Below the pieces are notes generated by a model. The model was given only the letters and a program-made list of their open reading frames with translations. It made no database searches and was not told where the DNA came from. Shown here piece by piece: positions 1 to 10,997 of a stretch of 64,000 nucleotides of DNA. Both the position numbers and the translations under genes were made by a program. Origin of the DNA: Flavobacterium sp. (lineage in GTDB: Bacteria > Bacteroidota > Bacteroidia > Flavobacteriales > Flavobacteriaceae); the NCBI GenBank assembly GCA_038136095.1, contig JAYPZA010000002.1:41159-105158 (forward strand). The letters run 5' to 3'. Numbering within the stretch: the stretch's first letter is position 1; every line of letters starts with the position of its first letter.

Positions 1-1
1 T

Positions 2-1015
2 TCAACTGGTGAAATATGTTTTAATACAGGAATGACTGGATATCAAGAGATTTTCACGGATCCTTCATATTATGGTCAAATCATGGTGACCACCAACGCT
101 CACATTGGGAACTATGGAATTAACAATGAAGAAGTAGAATCAGATGGGATTAAAATTTCCGGATTGATTGTTAGAAACTTTAGTTTTGAGCATTCAAGAG
201 TAGACTCTGATGGAAATTTAAAAGATTGGTTTGTAAAACATAACTTAGTTGCCATTTCAGACTTAGACACAAGAGCATTGGTTTCATATATCAGAGATCA
301 TGGTGCCATGAATGCAATCATATCGACTGAAATTGATAAAATATATGAACTTAAAAAACAATTAGCAAACGTTCCTAGTATGGAAGGTTTGGAGCTAGCT
401 TCCAAAGTTTCTACTAAAGAACCCTATTTTGTCGGAGACGAAAATGCTTCAATCAAAATTGCTGCTCTTGATATTGGGATCAAGAAAAATATTTTAAGAA
501 ATTTTGTTAAAAGAGGAGCTTATGTCAAAGTATACCCATACAATGCAACCTTTGAGGATTTAAGTTCTTGGAACCCGGATGCATATTTTATTTCTAATGG
601 ACCTGGAGATCCAGAACCATTAAAAGAAGCACAAGAACTTGTTAAAGAGATTATTAAAAGAGATTATCCTTTGTTTGGAATCTGTTTAGGACATCAGATC
701 ATCGCCTTGGCAAATGGAATTTCAACTTATAAAATGCATAACGGTCATAGAGGAATTAATCATCCAGTGAAGAATTTACAAACTGGAAAAGGTGAAATTA
801 CCTCTCAAAATCATGGATTTGCTATTAATAGAGAAGAGGCAGAATCTCATTCCAATGTTGAAATTACACATCTTCATTTGAATGATCAGACGGTTGCAGG
901 GATTCGCCTGAAAAATAACAACTGTTTTTCTGTTCAGTATCATCCAGAAGCAAGTCCTGGACCCCATGATTCAGAATATCTTTTTGATCAATTCATCAAT
1001 AATATTAAAAAATAA
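2..1015 (+). CDS. carA: Carbamoyl-phosphate synthase small (glutamine amidotransferase) subunit. The 5' end is cut by the window edge.
   Basis: The frame is open from nt 2 (STGEICFNTGMTGYQEIFTDPSYYGQI). It has the class-I GATase motif GICLGHQ and HGFA, and ends QYHPEASPGPHD. Confidence 0.9.
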   Translation, partial: STGEICFNTGMTGYQEIFTDPSYYGQIMVTTNAHIGNYGINNEEVESDGIKISGLIVRNFSFEHSRVDSDGNLKDWFVKHNLVAISDLDTRALVSYIRDHGAMNAIISTEIDKIYELKKQLANVPSMEGLELASKVSTKEPYFVGDENASIKIAALDIGIKKNILRNFVKRGAYVKVYPYNATFEDLSSWNPDAYFISNGPGDPEPLKEAQELVKEIIKRDYPLFGICLGHQIIALANGISTYKMHNGHRGINHPVKNLQTGKGEITSQNHGFAINREEAESHSNVEITHLHLNDQTVAGIRLKNNNCFSVQYHPEASPGPHDSEYLFDQFINNIKK

Positions 1016-1107
1016 TTCAATTTATCAGATCTACATTTTATAAGATTTAAATAGCTTAACATTTTTATTATCATATTAATAAAAAAAATATTTAATTTTT
1101 GCGAATA

Positions 1108-1115
1108 TATGTTTG
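1108..1115 (+). promoter_or_regulatory. Orphan Bacteroidetes -7 box TATGTTTG in the carA-eno spacer
   Basis: Exact TAnnTTTG match, 72 nt upstream of the terminator hairpin at 1187-1211. No CDS follows it. Confidence 0.3.
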
Positions 1116-1186
1116 TCAGGTAAATAATATGTATTATTTTTACAACGGTGATGTATAACATCACTTTCTTTTTCATAGCAATTTTT

Positions 1187-1211
1187 CCCACTCTTAGGAG
1201 TGGGTTTTTTT
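1187..1211 (+). terminator. Rho-independent terminator
   Basis: Stem CCCACTC / GAGTGGG (7 bp) with loop TTAG, followed by a run of seven T. Confidence 0.7.
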
Positions 1212-1291
1212 GTTTTAACAGATGGCTTTTTAGATGAAATCGTTTTCGTAATAAAATAATTCCTAGATGACCAAAACCAGTCCATATTGTG

Positions 1292-1299
1292 TATTTTTG
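1292..1299 (+). promoter_or_regulatory. -7 box TATTTTTG, candidate eno promoter
   Basis: Exact TAnnTTTG, 32 nt upstream of the eno ATG and downstream of the terminator at 1187-1211. Confidence 0.45.
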
Positions 1300-1321
1300 C
1301 GATTAAAGAATTCAACGCTAA

Positions 1322-2617
<1,296 letters not shown>

Positions 2618-2644
2618 CTGAAAAGATAGTTTGAAAAACAAAAA

Positions 2645-2674
2645 CCTCATACTTTATTCGTATGAGGTTTTTTT
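2645..2674 (+). terminator. Rho-independent terminator after eno
   Basis: Stem CCTCATAC / GTATGAGG (8 bp) with a 7-nt loop, followed by a run of seven T. Confidence 0.75.
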
Positions 2675-2752
2675 ATATTTCATAATTTTTGAGATTTATT
2701 TTTTCATATCCAAAAACTGCCTTAGCTTTTTTTAAAAAAGCTTTAAAATAGC

Positions 2753-2760
2753 TATCTTTG
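2753..2760 (+). promoter_or_regulatory. -7 box TATCTTTG, candidate gltA promoter
   Basis: Exact TAnnTTTG, 34 nt upstream of the ATG at 2794. Confidence 0.5.
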
Positions 2761-2793
2761 CATTACTTCATAAAAAAAAATAGGATACAGAAT

Positions 2794-4080
2794 ATGACAG
2801 ATATAGCGAAATTGCAAATAGGTGAAAATACATATGAATTACCAATGATAAAGGGGGTAGAAAATGAAGTTGCTATCGATATCAAATCATTAAGAGTTTC
2901 TTCAAAAGGAATTATCACCATAGATCCTGGATATAAAAATACTGGAGCTTGTCAAAGTGCTATAACATTTTTAGATGGAGAAAAAGGAATTTTAAGATAT
3001 AGAGGATATGCTATTGAAGAATTGGCAGAAAAAGCTCAATTTTTAGAAGTTGCTTATTTATTAATTTTTGGGGAATTACCCACAAAAGAGCAATTGACTC
3101 AATTTCATGAAGACATCAAAGACAATTCTATTGTAGATGACGATGTAAGAAAAATAATCGATGCATTTCCAAAGACAGCTCACCCAATGGGAATTTTGTC
3201 CTCTCTAACGAGTGCCCTTACTTCATTTAATCCATCATCTGTAAATGTTGAATCAGAGGATGAAATGTACAAGGCGATTGTAAAAATCATGGGGAAACTA
3301 CCTGTTTTGGTAGCTTGGGTAATGCGCAAAGTTCAAGGATTACCTCTAAATTATGGTTCGAAATCTCTTGGATATTTAGAGAATGTGATGACCATGATGT
3401 TTGCTAAACCTAATGAAGAATATACAATCAATCCAATTGTAAAGGATGCTTTAGACAAATTGTTGATTTTACATGCAGATCACGAACAAAATTGTTCAAC
3501 ATCGACAGTTAGAATTGTAGGGTCTTCTCATGCAGGTCTCTTTGCATCATTATCATCTGGTATTTCAGCTCTTTGGGGGCCACTTCATGGAGGTGCAAAT
3601 CAAGCAGTATTGGAAATGCTGGAAGCCATTCGTGAAGATGGTGGTGATACTAAAAAATACATGGCAAAGGCTAAGGATAAAAATGATTCTTTCCGTTTAA
3701 TGGGATTTGGTCACAGAGTTTATAAAAACTTTGATCCTAGAGCTAAAATTATTAAAGTAGCTGCAGATCAGGTTTTAAACGATTTGGGAGTCAGTGATCC
3801 AATATTAGATATTGCCAAAGCCTTGGAAAAGGAAGCTCTTAACGATCCTTATTTTGTTGAAAGAAAACTATATCCAAATGTTGACTTTTATTCAGGGATT
3901 ATCTACAGAGCTATGGGAATCCCAGTAGAAATGTTTACAGTCATGTTTGCTCTAGGAAGATTACCAGGTTGGATTGCACAATGGAGAGAAATGAGATTGG
4001 GGAAAGAACCAATTGGCCGACCTCGTCAAATTTATGTGGGTAAAACATACAGAAAATTTAAGAACCTATCTCAAAGATAG
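2794..4080 (+). CDS. gltA: Citrate synthase (type II)
   Basis: Motifs: LHADHEQNCSTSTVR, GFGHRVYKNFDPRA, PNVDFYSG. The ORF-track TTG start at 2758 lies inside an exact -7 box (2753-2760), so the ATG at 2794 (MTDIAKLQ) is preferred. Confidence 0.92.
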   Translation: MTDIAKLQIGENTYELPMIKGVENEVAIDIKSLRVSSKGIITIDPGYKNTGACQSAITFLDGEKGILRYRGYAIEELAEKAQFLEVAYLLIFGELPTKEQLTQFHEDIKDNSIVDDDVRKIIDAFPKTAHPMGILSSLTSALTSFNPSSVNVESEDEMYKAIVKIMGKLPVLVAWVMRKVQGLPLNYGSKSLGYLENVMTMMFAKPNEEYTINPIVKDALDKLLILHADHEQNCSTSTVRIVGSSHAGLFASLSSGISALWGPLHGGANQAVLEMLEAIREDGGDTKKYMAKAKDKNDSFRLMGFGHRVYKNFDPRAKIIKVAADQVLNDLGVSDPILDIAKALEKEALNDPYFVERKLYPNVDFYSGIIYRAMGIPVEMFTVMFALGRLPGWIAQWREMRLGKEPIGRPRQIYVGKTYRKFKNLSQR

Positions 4081-4217
4081 ATTTTGATATAATTTCCCCT
4101 TAAGTATTCGGGTGACCTATTATTTACAATTCTTGATTTCTAAATATATCTGCTGTATGATGATCAATTTTTTTTTTGTTTTCGTATGTTTAGAACTGTT
4201 TATTCATAGTTACTCCA

Positions 4218-5132
4218 ATGTTGCAACTTCACATCAAAAATGAAACATCGCGATTAAGAGCTGTTGTCTTAGGGATCGCAAACAATAATGGTCCTACACC
4301 GACATTAGCAAGTTGTTATGATCCTAAAAGTAAAGAGCACATCATTGCAGGGACCTATCCAAAAGAACACGACATGATTTCTGAAATGGAATCAGTTGCC
4401 AAAGTGTTTGAAAAATACAATGTTCAAGTTTTTAGACCAACCGTTATTGAAAATTATAATCAAATTTTCTCTAGAGACATTGGTTTTGTGATCGAAGACA
4501 AATTTATCAGAGCCAATATTCTTCCAGATAGAGATCAAGAAATTTTGGCAATAGACCATGTTTTGCAATTAATTAAAAAAGAAAATAGGATCACATTACC
4601 TGAGGAGTGTCATGTTGAAGGAGGAGATGTGATGCCTTGGAATGATTATATTTTTATTGGAACTTATTCGGGGGAGGATTATCCCTCATACATTACAGCT
4701 AGAACAAATAAAAATTCAGTGATTGCGATTCAAGAATTATTTCCAAATAAAATTATAAAATCGTTTGAGTTAAGGAAATCAAATGATCAGCCAAAAGAAA
4801 ATGCATTGCATTTGGATTGTTGTTTTCAGCCCATTGGAAGAGATAAAGCAATACTTCATAAAAATGGTTTTCTTATTGAAGATGAGTTCAATTGGTTGGT
4901 CAATTTTTTTGGAAAAGAAAATGTGTTTGAAATTTCTAAGGAAGAGATGTATCAGATGAATAGTAATGTTTTTTCTATTTCTGAGGAGGTTATCATCTCC
5001 GAAAAGAGTTTTGTTAGACTAAACTCATGGCTTCGAGAAAACGGATTTAAAGTGGAAGAAGTACCATATAGTGAAATTGCGAAACAAGAAGGGCTGTTGC
5101 GTTGTTCAACATTGCCATTGATTAGAGATTGA
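4218..5132 (+). CDS. Amidinotransferase-fold (guanidino-group-modifying, DDAH / arginine deiminase-like) enzyme
   Basis: Has a C-terminal catalytic Cys in GLLRCSTLPL, His in ALHLDCCF and an EGGD motif. The family call comes from motif pattern only. Confidence 0.65.
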   Translation: MLQLHIKNETSRLRAVVLGIANNNGPTPTLASCYDPKSKEHIIAGTYPKEHDMISEMESVAKVFEKYNVQVFRPTVIENYNQIFSRDIGFVIEDKFIRANILPDRDQEILAIDHVLQLIKKENRITLPEECHVEGGDVMPWNDYIFIGTYSGEDYPSYITARTNKNSVIAIQELFPNKIIKSFELRKSNDQPKENALHLDCCFQPIGRDKAILHKNGFLIEDEFNWLVNFFGKENVFEISKEEMYQMNSNVFSISEEVIISEKSFVRLNSWLRENGFKVEEVPYSEIAKQEGLLRCSTLPLIRD

Positions 5133-5153
5133 TTCAAAAGTAAAACAATCATC

Positions 5154-5192
5154 AAAAAAAAGGTTCATCAAATTGATGAACCTTTTTTTTTG
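5154..5192. terminator. Bidirectional terminator between the convergent amidinotransferase-fold and fasciclin genes
   Basis: Stem AGGTTCATCA / TGATGAACCT (10 bp), with an A-run on the 5' side and a T-run on the 3' side. Confidence 0.75.
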
Positions 5193-5204
5193 GATACCTA
5201 AATT

Positions 5205-6161
5205 TTAGGGAAGAACAACATTGTTAATTGCATGAATAACACCATTGTCTGCTTGTACATTGGTAGCAATGATATTACTGACTCTATTTCTAGCATCTGT
5301 TAAAGTGGCTCCTCCAGTAATGTTAGCCGTTAGGGGACTTCCTAAGGTTGTGATTGATAAATTGTCAGTCAAATCTGAATCCAATACATTAGCACCTCCA
5401 ACCACATGTGTTTTAAGTGTTAAATCTAATGTAGGCTCATCAATCTCAGAAAGGGCAGTTAAATTTAATTCTGCCAATAACTTACTGAAAGCATCATTGA
5501 TCGGAGCAAATACTGTAAAAGGAGCTGGAGAAGTTGATGAATCTGTTGATAAGATTCCAACAAAATTAGTTGTCAAATCATCTCGAGTTAGTGCAGAAAC
5601 AAGTGTCGAAAAATTTGGATCTGCTGTTGCAAAGGTAACTACAGAGGGCAAACCAATTACTGCATCAACTTTATGAACCACTCCGTTAACAGCAATGATA
5701 TCCGCAGAACTAACCGATGATACTCCATTAAATTTAACACCGTTTGAAGTGTCAATATACAATGACATGGCAGAGCCAGAGGCTGCACTGGTTGCTAAAG
5801 TATTTGCATATCCAGTACTTAAATCAGAGGCTGTTAAAGAACCACTCACTACATGATTTAATAAAACTTTGGTCAGTACATTTACAGGAACATCGTCGAG
5901 GCTGTTAAAGTTATTAGCACTTAAGAAAGCAGCAAATGCATCGTTTGTAGGTGCTAATACTGTAAATGGACCTTCTCCGTTGAGGGTATTTACTAAATCA
6001 GCTTTTTGTAATGCACTTACCAGACTTGTTAAGTCTGCTGAGTCTACTGCTAAATTAACAACAGTAGATGGTTCCATTGTATTATCATCGTTGTTGTCAC
6101 ATGATTGGAATACGATTAAAATTAACAAAAGAACAGGTAATAATTTCTTGAAATTTTTCAT
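5205..6161 (-). CDS. Fasciclin (FAS1) repeat lipoprotein
   Basis: Lipobox VFQS|C. Two FAS1 repeats carry GPFTVLAPTNDAF / APFTVFAPINDAF and NGVVHKVD / NGVIHAIN. Confidence 0.8.
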   Translation of the reverse strand: MKNFKKLLPVLLLILIVFQSCDNNDDNTMEPSTVVNLAVDSADLTSLVSALQKADLVNTLNGEGPFTVLAPTNDAFAAFLSANNFNSLDDVPVNVLTKVLLNHVVSGSLTASDLSTGYANTLATSAASGSAMSLYIDTSNGVKFNGVSSVSSADIIAVNGVVHKVDAVIGLPSVVTFATADPNFSTLVSALTRDDLTTNFVGILSTDSSTSPAPFTVFAPINDAFSKLLAELNLTALSEIDEPTLDLTLKTHVVGGANVLDSDLTDNLSITTLGSPLTANITGGATLTDARNRVSNIIATNVQADNGVIHAINNVVLP

Positions 6162-6366
6162 GAATATTTTAGTTTAATAATTTTTCAGTAAAATTAAACA
6201 ACATTCATGCCTGGACTAAAATCAAATTTGTTAAATAATATTTAAAATTCTAGTAATCAACTATTTAACTTTAATTTAAGAAATGATAGTATTTTATTAA
6301 TTATTTTTTTTTGTACACGTTTATTGTTGATATTTGTACCATTATTATGTTATTATTTTGATTGAA

Positions 6367-7311
6367 ATGAATCATACTACAAACCATATTTTAATGATAC
6401 GCCCTATTCATTTTAGAATGAATGAGCAAACAGCTGTTAATAACTATTATCAGAAGGTTTTAGAAAAATTATCAACGGATTCCGTGAATTCTTATGCTCA
6501 AAAAGAATTTGATGATTTTGTTGCAAAATTAAAATTTCATGGAGTTCAAGTTGTGGTAATTTCGGACAATGAAAATCAGGATACCCCTGATTCAATTTTC
6601 CCAAATAATTGGATTTCATTTCATGAGGATGGAACCATAGGATTATATCCAATGTATGCTGAAAATAGAAGACTAGAAAGAAGAGAAGACATATTGTCTG
6701 AAATAGAGGATAGAGGTTTTTTAATCAAAAATAGTATGGATTATACATCTGCAGAAAAAGATAATCTTTTTCTTGAAGGAACCGGAAGTATTGTTTTAGA
6801 TCGTAAAAATAGAAAAGCGTACTGTGCTTTATCACCTAGAGCAAATGAGGATTTATTCATAGAATTTTGTGAAGATTTTGAATATACACCTGTCGTTTTT
6901 ACTGCGAATCAAACAGTTGGTCAAGAGAGAAAAGCGATCTATCATACCAATGTGATGATGTGCATAGCAGAAACATTTGCTGTGATTTGTTTAGCTTGCA
7001 TAGATGATAAAAAAGAACGAAAAAATGTCTTAAAAAATTTAAAGGAGGATGGTAAAAAAGTCATTGAAATATCTGAAGATCAAGTACATAATTTTGCAGG
7101 AAATATGTTACAGGTTAGAGGTACAAATGATGAATTATTTTTAGTGATGAGTGCATCTGCTTTAAATTCATTAAACCAATCTCAAAAATCCCAAATTGAA
7201 AATCACTGTAAAATAATATCAAGTTCTCTTGATACCATTGAAGCTTGTGGAGGTGGAAGTGCTCGCTGTATGATGGCAGAGATTTTTCTTCCCAAAGAAA
7301 CCTCTGTTTAG
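6367..7311 (+). CDS. Arginine deiminase-related / citrulline-utilisation hydrolase (CtlX-like) amidinotransferase-fold enzyme
   Basis: N-terminus NHILMIRPIHFRMNEQTA. C-terminal nucleophile motif ACGGGSARCMMAEI. ATG at 6367 preferred over the ORF-track start at 6334. Confidence 0.6.
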   Translation: MNHTTNHILMIRPIHFRMNEQTAVNNYYQKVLEKLSTDSVNSYAQKEFDDFVAKLKFHGVQVVVISDNENQDTPDSIFPNNWISFHEDGTIGLYPMYAENRRLERREDILSEIEDRGFLIKNSMDYTSAEKDNLFLEGTGSIVLDRKNRKAYCALSPRANEDLFIEFCEDFEYTPVVFTANQTVGQERKAIYHTNVMMCIAETFAVICLACIDDKKERKNVLKNLKEDGKKVIEISEDQVHNFAGNMLQVRGTNDELFLVMSASALNSLNQSQKSQIENHCKIISSSLDTIEACGGGSARCMMAEIFLPKETSV

Positions 7312-7350
7312 TGATTCTATCAGGTTTGAATACCTAAATATTAAATTACA

Positions 7351-8508
7351 TTATTTTTTGATGATTTTTTTAATCAGAAATTCACCTGTCTTAAAACGAA
7401 TTTTTAGGAAGTACAAACCTTTTGAAAAACTTCCTAGATTTAACTTATTTTGATTCTCAACAGAAAGAAGTTTTTTACCATGGATATCAATAATACTCAA
7501 CGATAGAATTTCATGAGTATTATTTTTCGAAAAAATTTCTAGTTCCTCTTCAACGGGGTTTGGTATATGGATACTCAATTTTGATAATTCGTTATCACTT
7601 GTTGATAGGAGATAATCCAACTCGTTATAAAATTCGTATAACTTTTGTTCAAATATGATTGTAATGCCTGCTATTGAATTGGAGAAATACTCTCTAGAAA
7701 TATAATATTTATTAGGTTCAAAAAATGCAACTCCTTCTATTTGACTTCCCTGTTCAAGATACAGAGGATCTACTAAATTAATTTTGGTTACACTGCCTCC
7801 AAATACATCGAGTGATGGAGGTCTATTCTGATCTACATAAATTAAAAAAGGAAGAAGTATTGAATTGTATCCAGAAAATAAAAACGCATCAGTATAAGGA
7901 TTGTAACTAACTCCAGTAATCAGTCCTTCAACATCATAACTGCTAACTTTTGCTGCTACATGATCTCCAACGGTTTTAGGAATCGCATAGGCATTGGTTT
8001 TATTATCTACCCAGTTTTTTGTAAAAATTAAGAGGCTATCTTGATACACAGCAATGGCTTCAGCATCAAAATTTGTATGGTTCGGTTGTGATGAAAAATC
8101 AGTTTGATCCTCGTATGAAAAGCTAATGATTTCGGCAGTCACATTTGTTGAACTCGTGTAATCAGATTTAAAAACTTTATAGATCTTTAAATCCTCTCTA
8201 TTTCCATCATTATTTCCAATATCAGCAATGTAAATGTATGTATCATCCTGACTGATGTCCTCCCAATCTATATGAGTAGCATTTGTAATGGTTATGACTC
8301 TAGAAATGTTTCCATGAATTGTGTCAATTTCATAGAGATAAGGACCATCACCGCTGTCGTTATGAGTGATTACTTTTTCGTTAAAAAAAAGAAGGCCAGA
8401 AGTTTCTTTTACATCATCTGGAAGTTCAAATTTTTCTTCAATTGTTGATTGACCAAAACAATAAATGTTCAAGAAAAAACAATAAATACAAAGGAATTTT
8501 TTAATCAT
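7351..8508 (-). CDS. Secreted T9SS cargo protein of unknown function (possible beta-propeller)
   Basis: Signal peptide MIKKFLCIYCFFLNIYCFG|Q. The C-terminal ~80 aa look like a T9SS type-A sorting domain (ILSLSIIDIHGKKLL...GLYFLKIRFKTGEFLIKKIIK). The start at 8508 lies 1 nt after the stop of the upstream gene. Confidence 0.65.
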   Translation of the reverse strand: MIKKFLCIYCFFLNIYCFGQSTIEEKFELPDDVKETSGLLFFNEKVITHNDSGDGPYLYEIDTIHGNISRVITITNATHIDWEDISQDDTYIYIADIGNNDGNREDLKIYKVFKSDYTSSTNVTAEIISFSYEDQTDFSSQPNHTNFDAEAIAVYQDSLLIFTKNWVDNKTNAYAIPKTVGDHVAAKVSSYDVEGLITGVSYNPYTDAFLFSGYNSILLPFLIYVDQNRPPSLDVFGGSVTKINLVDPLYLEQGSQIEGVAFFEPNKYYISREYFSNSIAGITIIFEQKLYEFYNELDYLLSTSDNELSKLSIHIPNPVEEELEIFSKNNTHEILSLSIIDIHGKKLLSVENQNKLNLGSFSKGLYFLKIRFKTGEFLIKKIIKK

Positions 8509-8509
8509 A

Positions 8510-10147
8510 TCATTCCAATAAGTCATCAATTACCATACCTGAATTTCCATTAGGGAATTCTACTTCTAATAGAGTAGCGAGTGTAGGGGCAATGTCTTTA
8601 ACGTTGTATTTTTTATGTGAAATTCCTTTTTTTATTCCACTTCCATAAAAAATAATAGGGACATGTGTGTCATAACTGTAGGAAGAACCATGGGTCGTTC
8701 CTGTTTTTTCTCTTGAAATTGTGCCGGGGGTTGGAATGAAAAACACATCTCCAGAGAGCTTTTGATTGTAAATATTTTGAACCTTTTCTAAAATTCCTGA
8801 TGTAAATTGAGTTGTTTGAAGTGTTTTCGCAGTAAGTGTTTTGTAGATTCCATCGAATGATAATAGTTCCTCTGCAAATGTGTTTGCTACTTCTTGATGA
8901 TTTAATTTTAAATTTTTTATTCTTTCTTTGTTTAAGTAAATCTGAAAATTAGAAACATCTTCTACTAAAGCGTCATCACCAAAATTGGTCTTCGAAATTT
9001 TCGTCAAAAACTCATCAAATAGTTTGGATTTAAAATATGGGGCAGGAATTTTCAAGGATTCTAAATAAGATGGAACTTGAACAGCACCATGATCTGCTGT
9101 TAAAAAAACAAGATAATTTTTTTCTCCAATCTCCGTATCTAAGAATCGAAGTAATTCAGATAAATTTTGATCCAATCTCAGGTAAGTATCTTCGGTTTCA
9201 ATCGCATCAGTTCCAAATTGGTGACCCACATAATCGGTACTGGAAAAGCTAATGGTTAGAAAATCAGTTGCATTGTTTTTTCCTAACTTTTCCTCCTTAA
9301 TAGTCGTTTTTGCAAAATCCAAGGTCAAATCATTGCCAAAAGGAGTCTCTTTAATTAAATCATAATTTCCATTTTTTGATCTAAGATTGGGTAAGTCATG
9401 AGGAAACGTAGGAGAAGTTTCTCCTTTGAAAGTGGCCTCGTAAGGGTTGTCATCCGGTAAGCTTTGAGTATAACTCTCTATAGGGTATAAAGGATTCCAT
9501 GGTTTTGATAAATATTCATCAGCTTTATTTTTTGAATTAAATAGTTGTACCCAAGTAGGAAGTTGATCCATATAATAAGAACTAGTTACCCATTTGTTTT
9601 CATCTTCTCCCTCATACCAATAAGCACTCATTGCTGCATGACCTGCTGGTAATATGGAGGCTCGATCTTTGATAGCAATTCCAATTGACTTTCCTTTCAT
9701 ATTTTGTCCAAGAAGCAGCTGATCTGTAATGGTTGTTGTCAATAATCTACTAGGTGATTTCCCGATCATTTCTTTCGAAGTTCCAACAGTCGTATATCGA
9801 TTATCATCAACACAGTAGATGGATTTTTTCAAATTTTTGTCATACCAATCATTTCCTATAATCCCATGGTAATTTGGTGTTGTGCCTGTATAGATAGAGG
9901 CATGTCCCACAGCAGTATAGGTTCCACTATAATCAAAATGAGCATTGGTCAGTGAGTACCCTTCATTCATGAGTTTTTTAAATCCCTCATTTCCATACCT
10001 ATGAGCATATTTAGTCAAATAATCATATCTCATTTGATCTACTACAATACCTACCACTAAAGAAGGTTTTTTGTTTTTTGATCTTGAATCTTTGCAAGCG
10101 CATATCAAAATAAAAAAACAAATGAATGTAAGTAGGTATTTTCTCAT
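8510..10147 (-). CDS. pafA: Alkaline phosphatase / nucleotide pyrophosphatase superfamily lipoprotein, PafA-like
   Basis: Lipobox ILICA|C. Motifs: VVDQMRYDY, TYTAVGHASIYTGTTPNYHGI, FLTADHGA, THGSSYSYDTHVPIIFYG. Confidence 0.72.
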   Translation of the reverse strand: MRKYLLTFICFFILICACKDSRSKNKKPSLVVGIVVDQMRYDYLTKYAHRYGNEGFKKLMNEGYSLTNAHFDYSGTYTAVGHASIYTGTTPNYHGIIGNDWYDKNLKKSIYCVDDNRYTTVGTSKEMIGKSPSRLLTTTITDQLLLGQNMKGKSIGIAIKDRASILPAGHAAMSAYWYEGEDENKWVTSSYYMDQLPTWVQLFNSKNKADEYLSKPWNPLYPIESYTQSLPDDNPYEATFKGETSPTFPHDLPNLRSKNGNYDLIKETPFGNDLTLDFAKTTIKEEKLGKNNATDFLTISFSSTDYVGHQFGTDAIETEDTYLRLDQNLSELLRFLDTEIGEKNYLVFLTADHGAVQVPSYLESLKIPAPYFKSKLFDEFLTKISKTNFGDDALVEDVSNFQIYLNKERIKNLKLNHQEVANTFAEELLSFDGIYKTLTAKTLQTTQFTSGILEKVQNIYNQKLSGDVFFIPTPGTISREKTGTTHGSSYSYDTHVPIIFYGSGIKKGISHKKYNVKDIAPTLATLLEVEFPNGNSGMVIDDLLE

Positions 10148-10173
10148 GGATTGTGATTTTTTGATCCTCTTAT

Positions 10174-10181
10174 CAAAAGTA
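10174..10181 (-). promoter_or_regulatory. -7 box TACTTTTG, candidate pafA promoter
   Basis: The plus strand reads CAAAAGTA. It is 27 nt upstream of the ATG at 10147. Confidence 0.45.
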
Positions 10182-10256
10182 ATTATTTTTTATCTGATCT
10201 TTATGAATATATCGTTAGGTTAATGATATTTTAATACTTTAGCATAAAGAAAAAAA

Positions 10257-10997
10257 ATGAATCATTTAAAACATGTTGGGAAGTATTTTATAATGCTTGG
10301 TCAGGTTTTTAAAAAACCTCAAAACTTAAGGGTTTTTAAAGAAGCACTTTTCAAGGAGTTTGATGAATTAGGTCTCAAGTCTTTGGGGATTGTTATTTTT
10401 ATTTCTTTTTTCATAGGAGGAGTTATTGCACTTCAAACAGCACTGAATATTGAAAACCCTTTTATTCCTCAATATTTAATTGGTTTTGCGACCAAGAGAT
10501 CCATAATTTTAGAATTTGCACCTACATTTTGTTCCATTATTTTGGCAGGTAAAGTTGGTTCCTATATCACATCTAGTATTGGAACAATGAGGGTAACAGA
10601 ACAGATTGACGCCCTTGAGGTAATGGGGATTAATTCTCTTAATTATCTGGTGCTTCCTAAGATTATATCAACAATTTTATTTTATCCTTTTTTAATCATA
10701 CTAGCTATGTTTTTAGGAATTTTAGGAGGCTGGGTAGCAGGGTTTACCTCGACCATGTTTTCTGAGATTGATTATATGCAAGGGATTCAGTTAGATTTTA
10801 ACCCCTTCTTAGTTACGTATGCTCTGATCAAGACCGTTGTGTTTGCCTTCCTTATTGCAACTGTCCCCTCTTTTCATGGTTACTATGTAAAAGGAGGATC
10901 TATCGCTGTTGGTAAAGCGAGTACTAAAGCAGTGGTTTGGACAATTATTTTCATTGTCATTACCAATTATTTTTTAACTCAAATGTTACTCACATAA
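10257..10997 (+). CDS. mlaE: MlaE-family ABC transporter permease
   Basis: Multi-TM protein with GKVGSYITSSIGTMRVTEQIDALEVMGINS, typical of the MlaE/Ttg2B family. Confidence 0.8.
   Translation: MNHLKHVGKYFIMLGQVFKKPQNLRVFKEALFKEFDELGLKSLGIVIFISFFIGGVIALQTALNIENPFIPQYLIGFATKRSIILEFAPTFCSIILAGKVGSYITSSIGTMRVTEQIDALEVMGINSLNYLVLPKIISTILFYPFLIILAMFLGILGGWVAGFTSTMFSEIDYMQGIQLDFNPFLVTYALIKTVVFAFLIATVPSFHGYYVKGGSIAVGKASTKAVVWTIIFIVITNYFLTQMLLT

Noticed and set aside
5245-6177. Two long plus-strand ORFs (143 aa and 102 aa) lie antisense to the fasciclin gene.
   Set aside because: They lie entirely inside a well-supported FAS1 gene. Their translations are low-complexity (S/V/A/K-rich) with no motifs. 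Antisense open frames are expected opposite Ala/Ser/Thr/Val-rich coding sequence.
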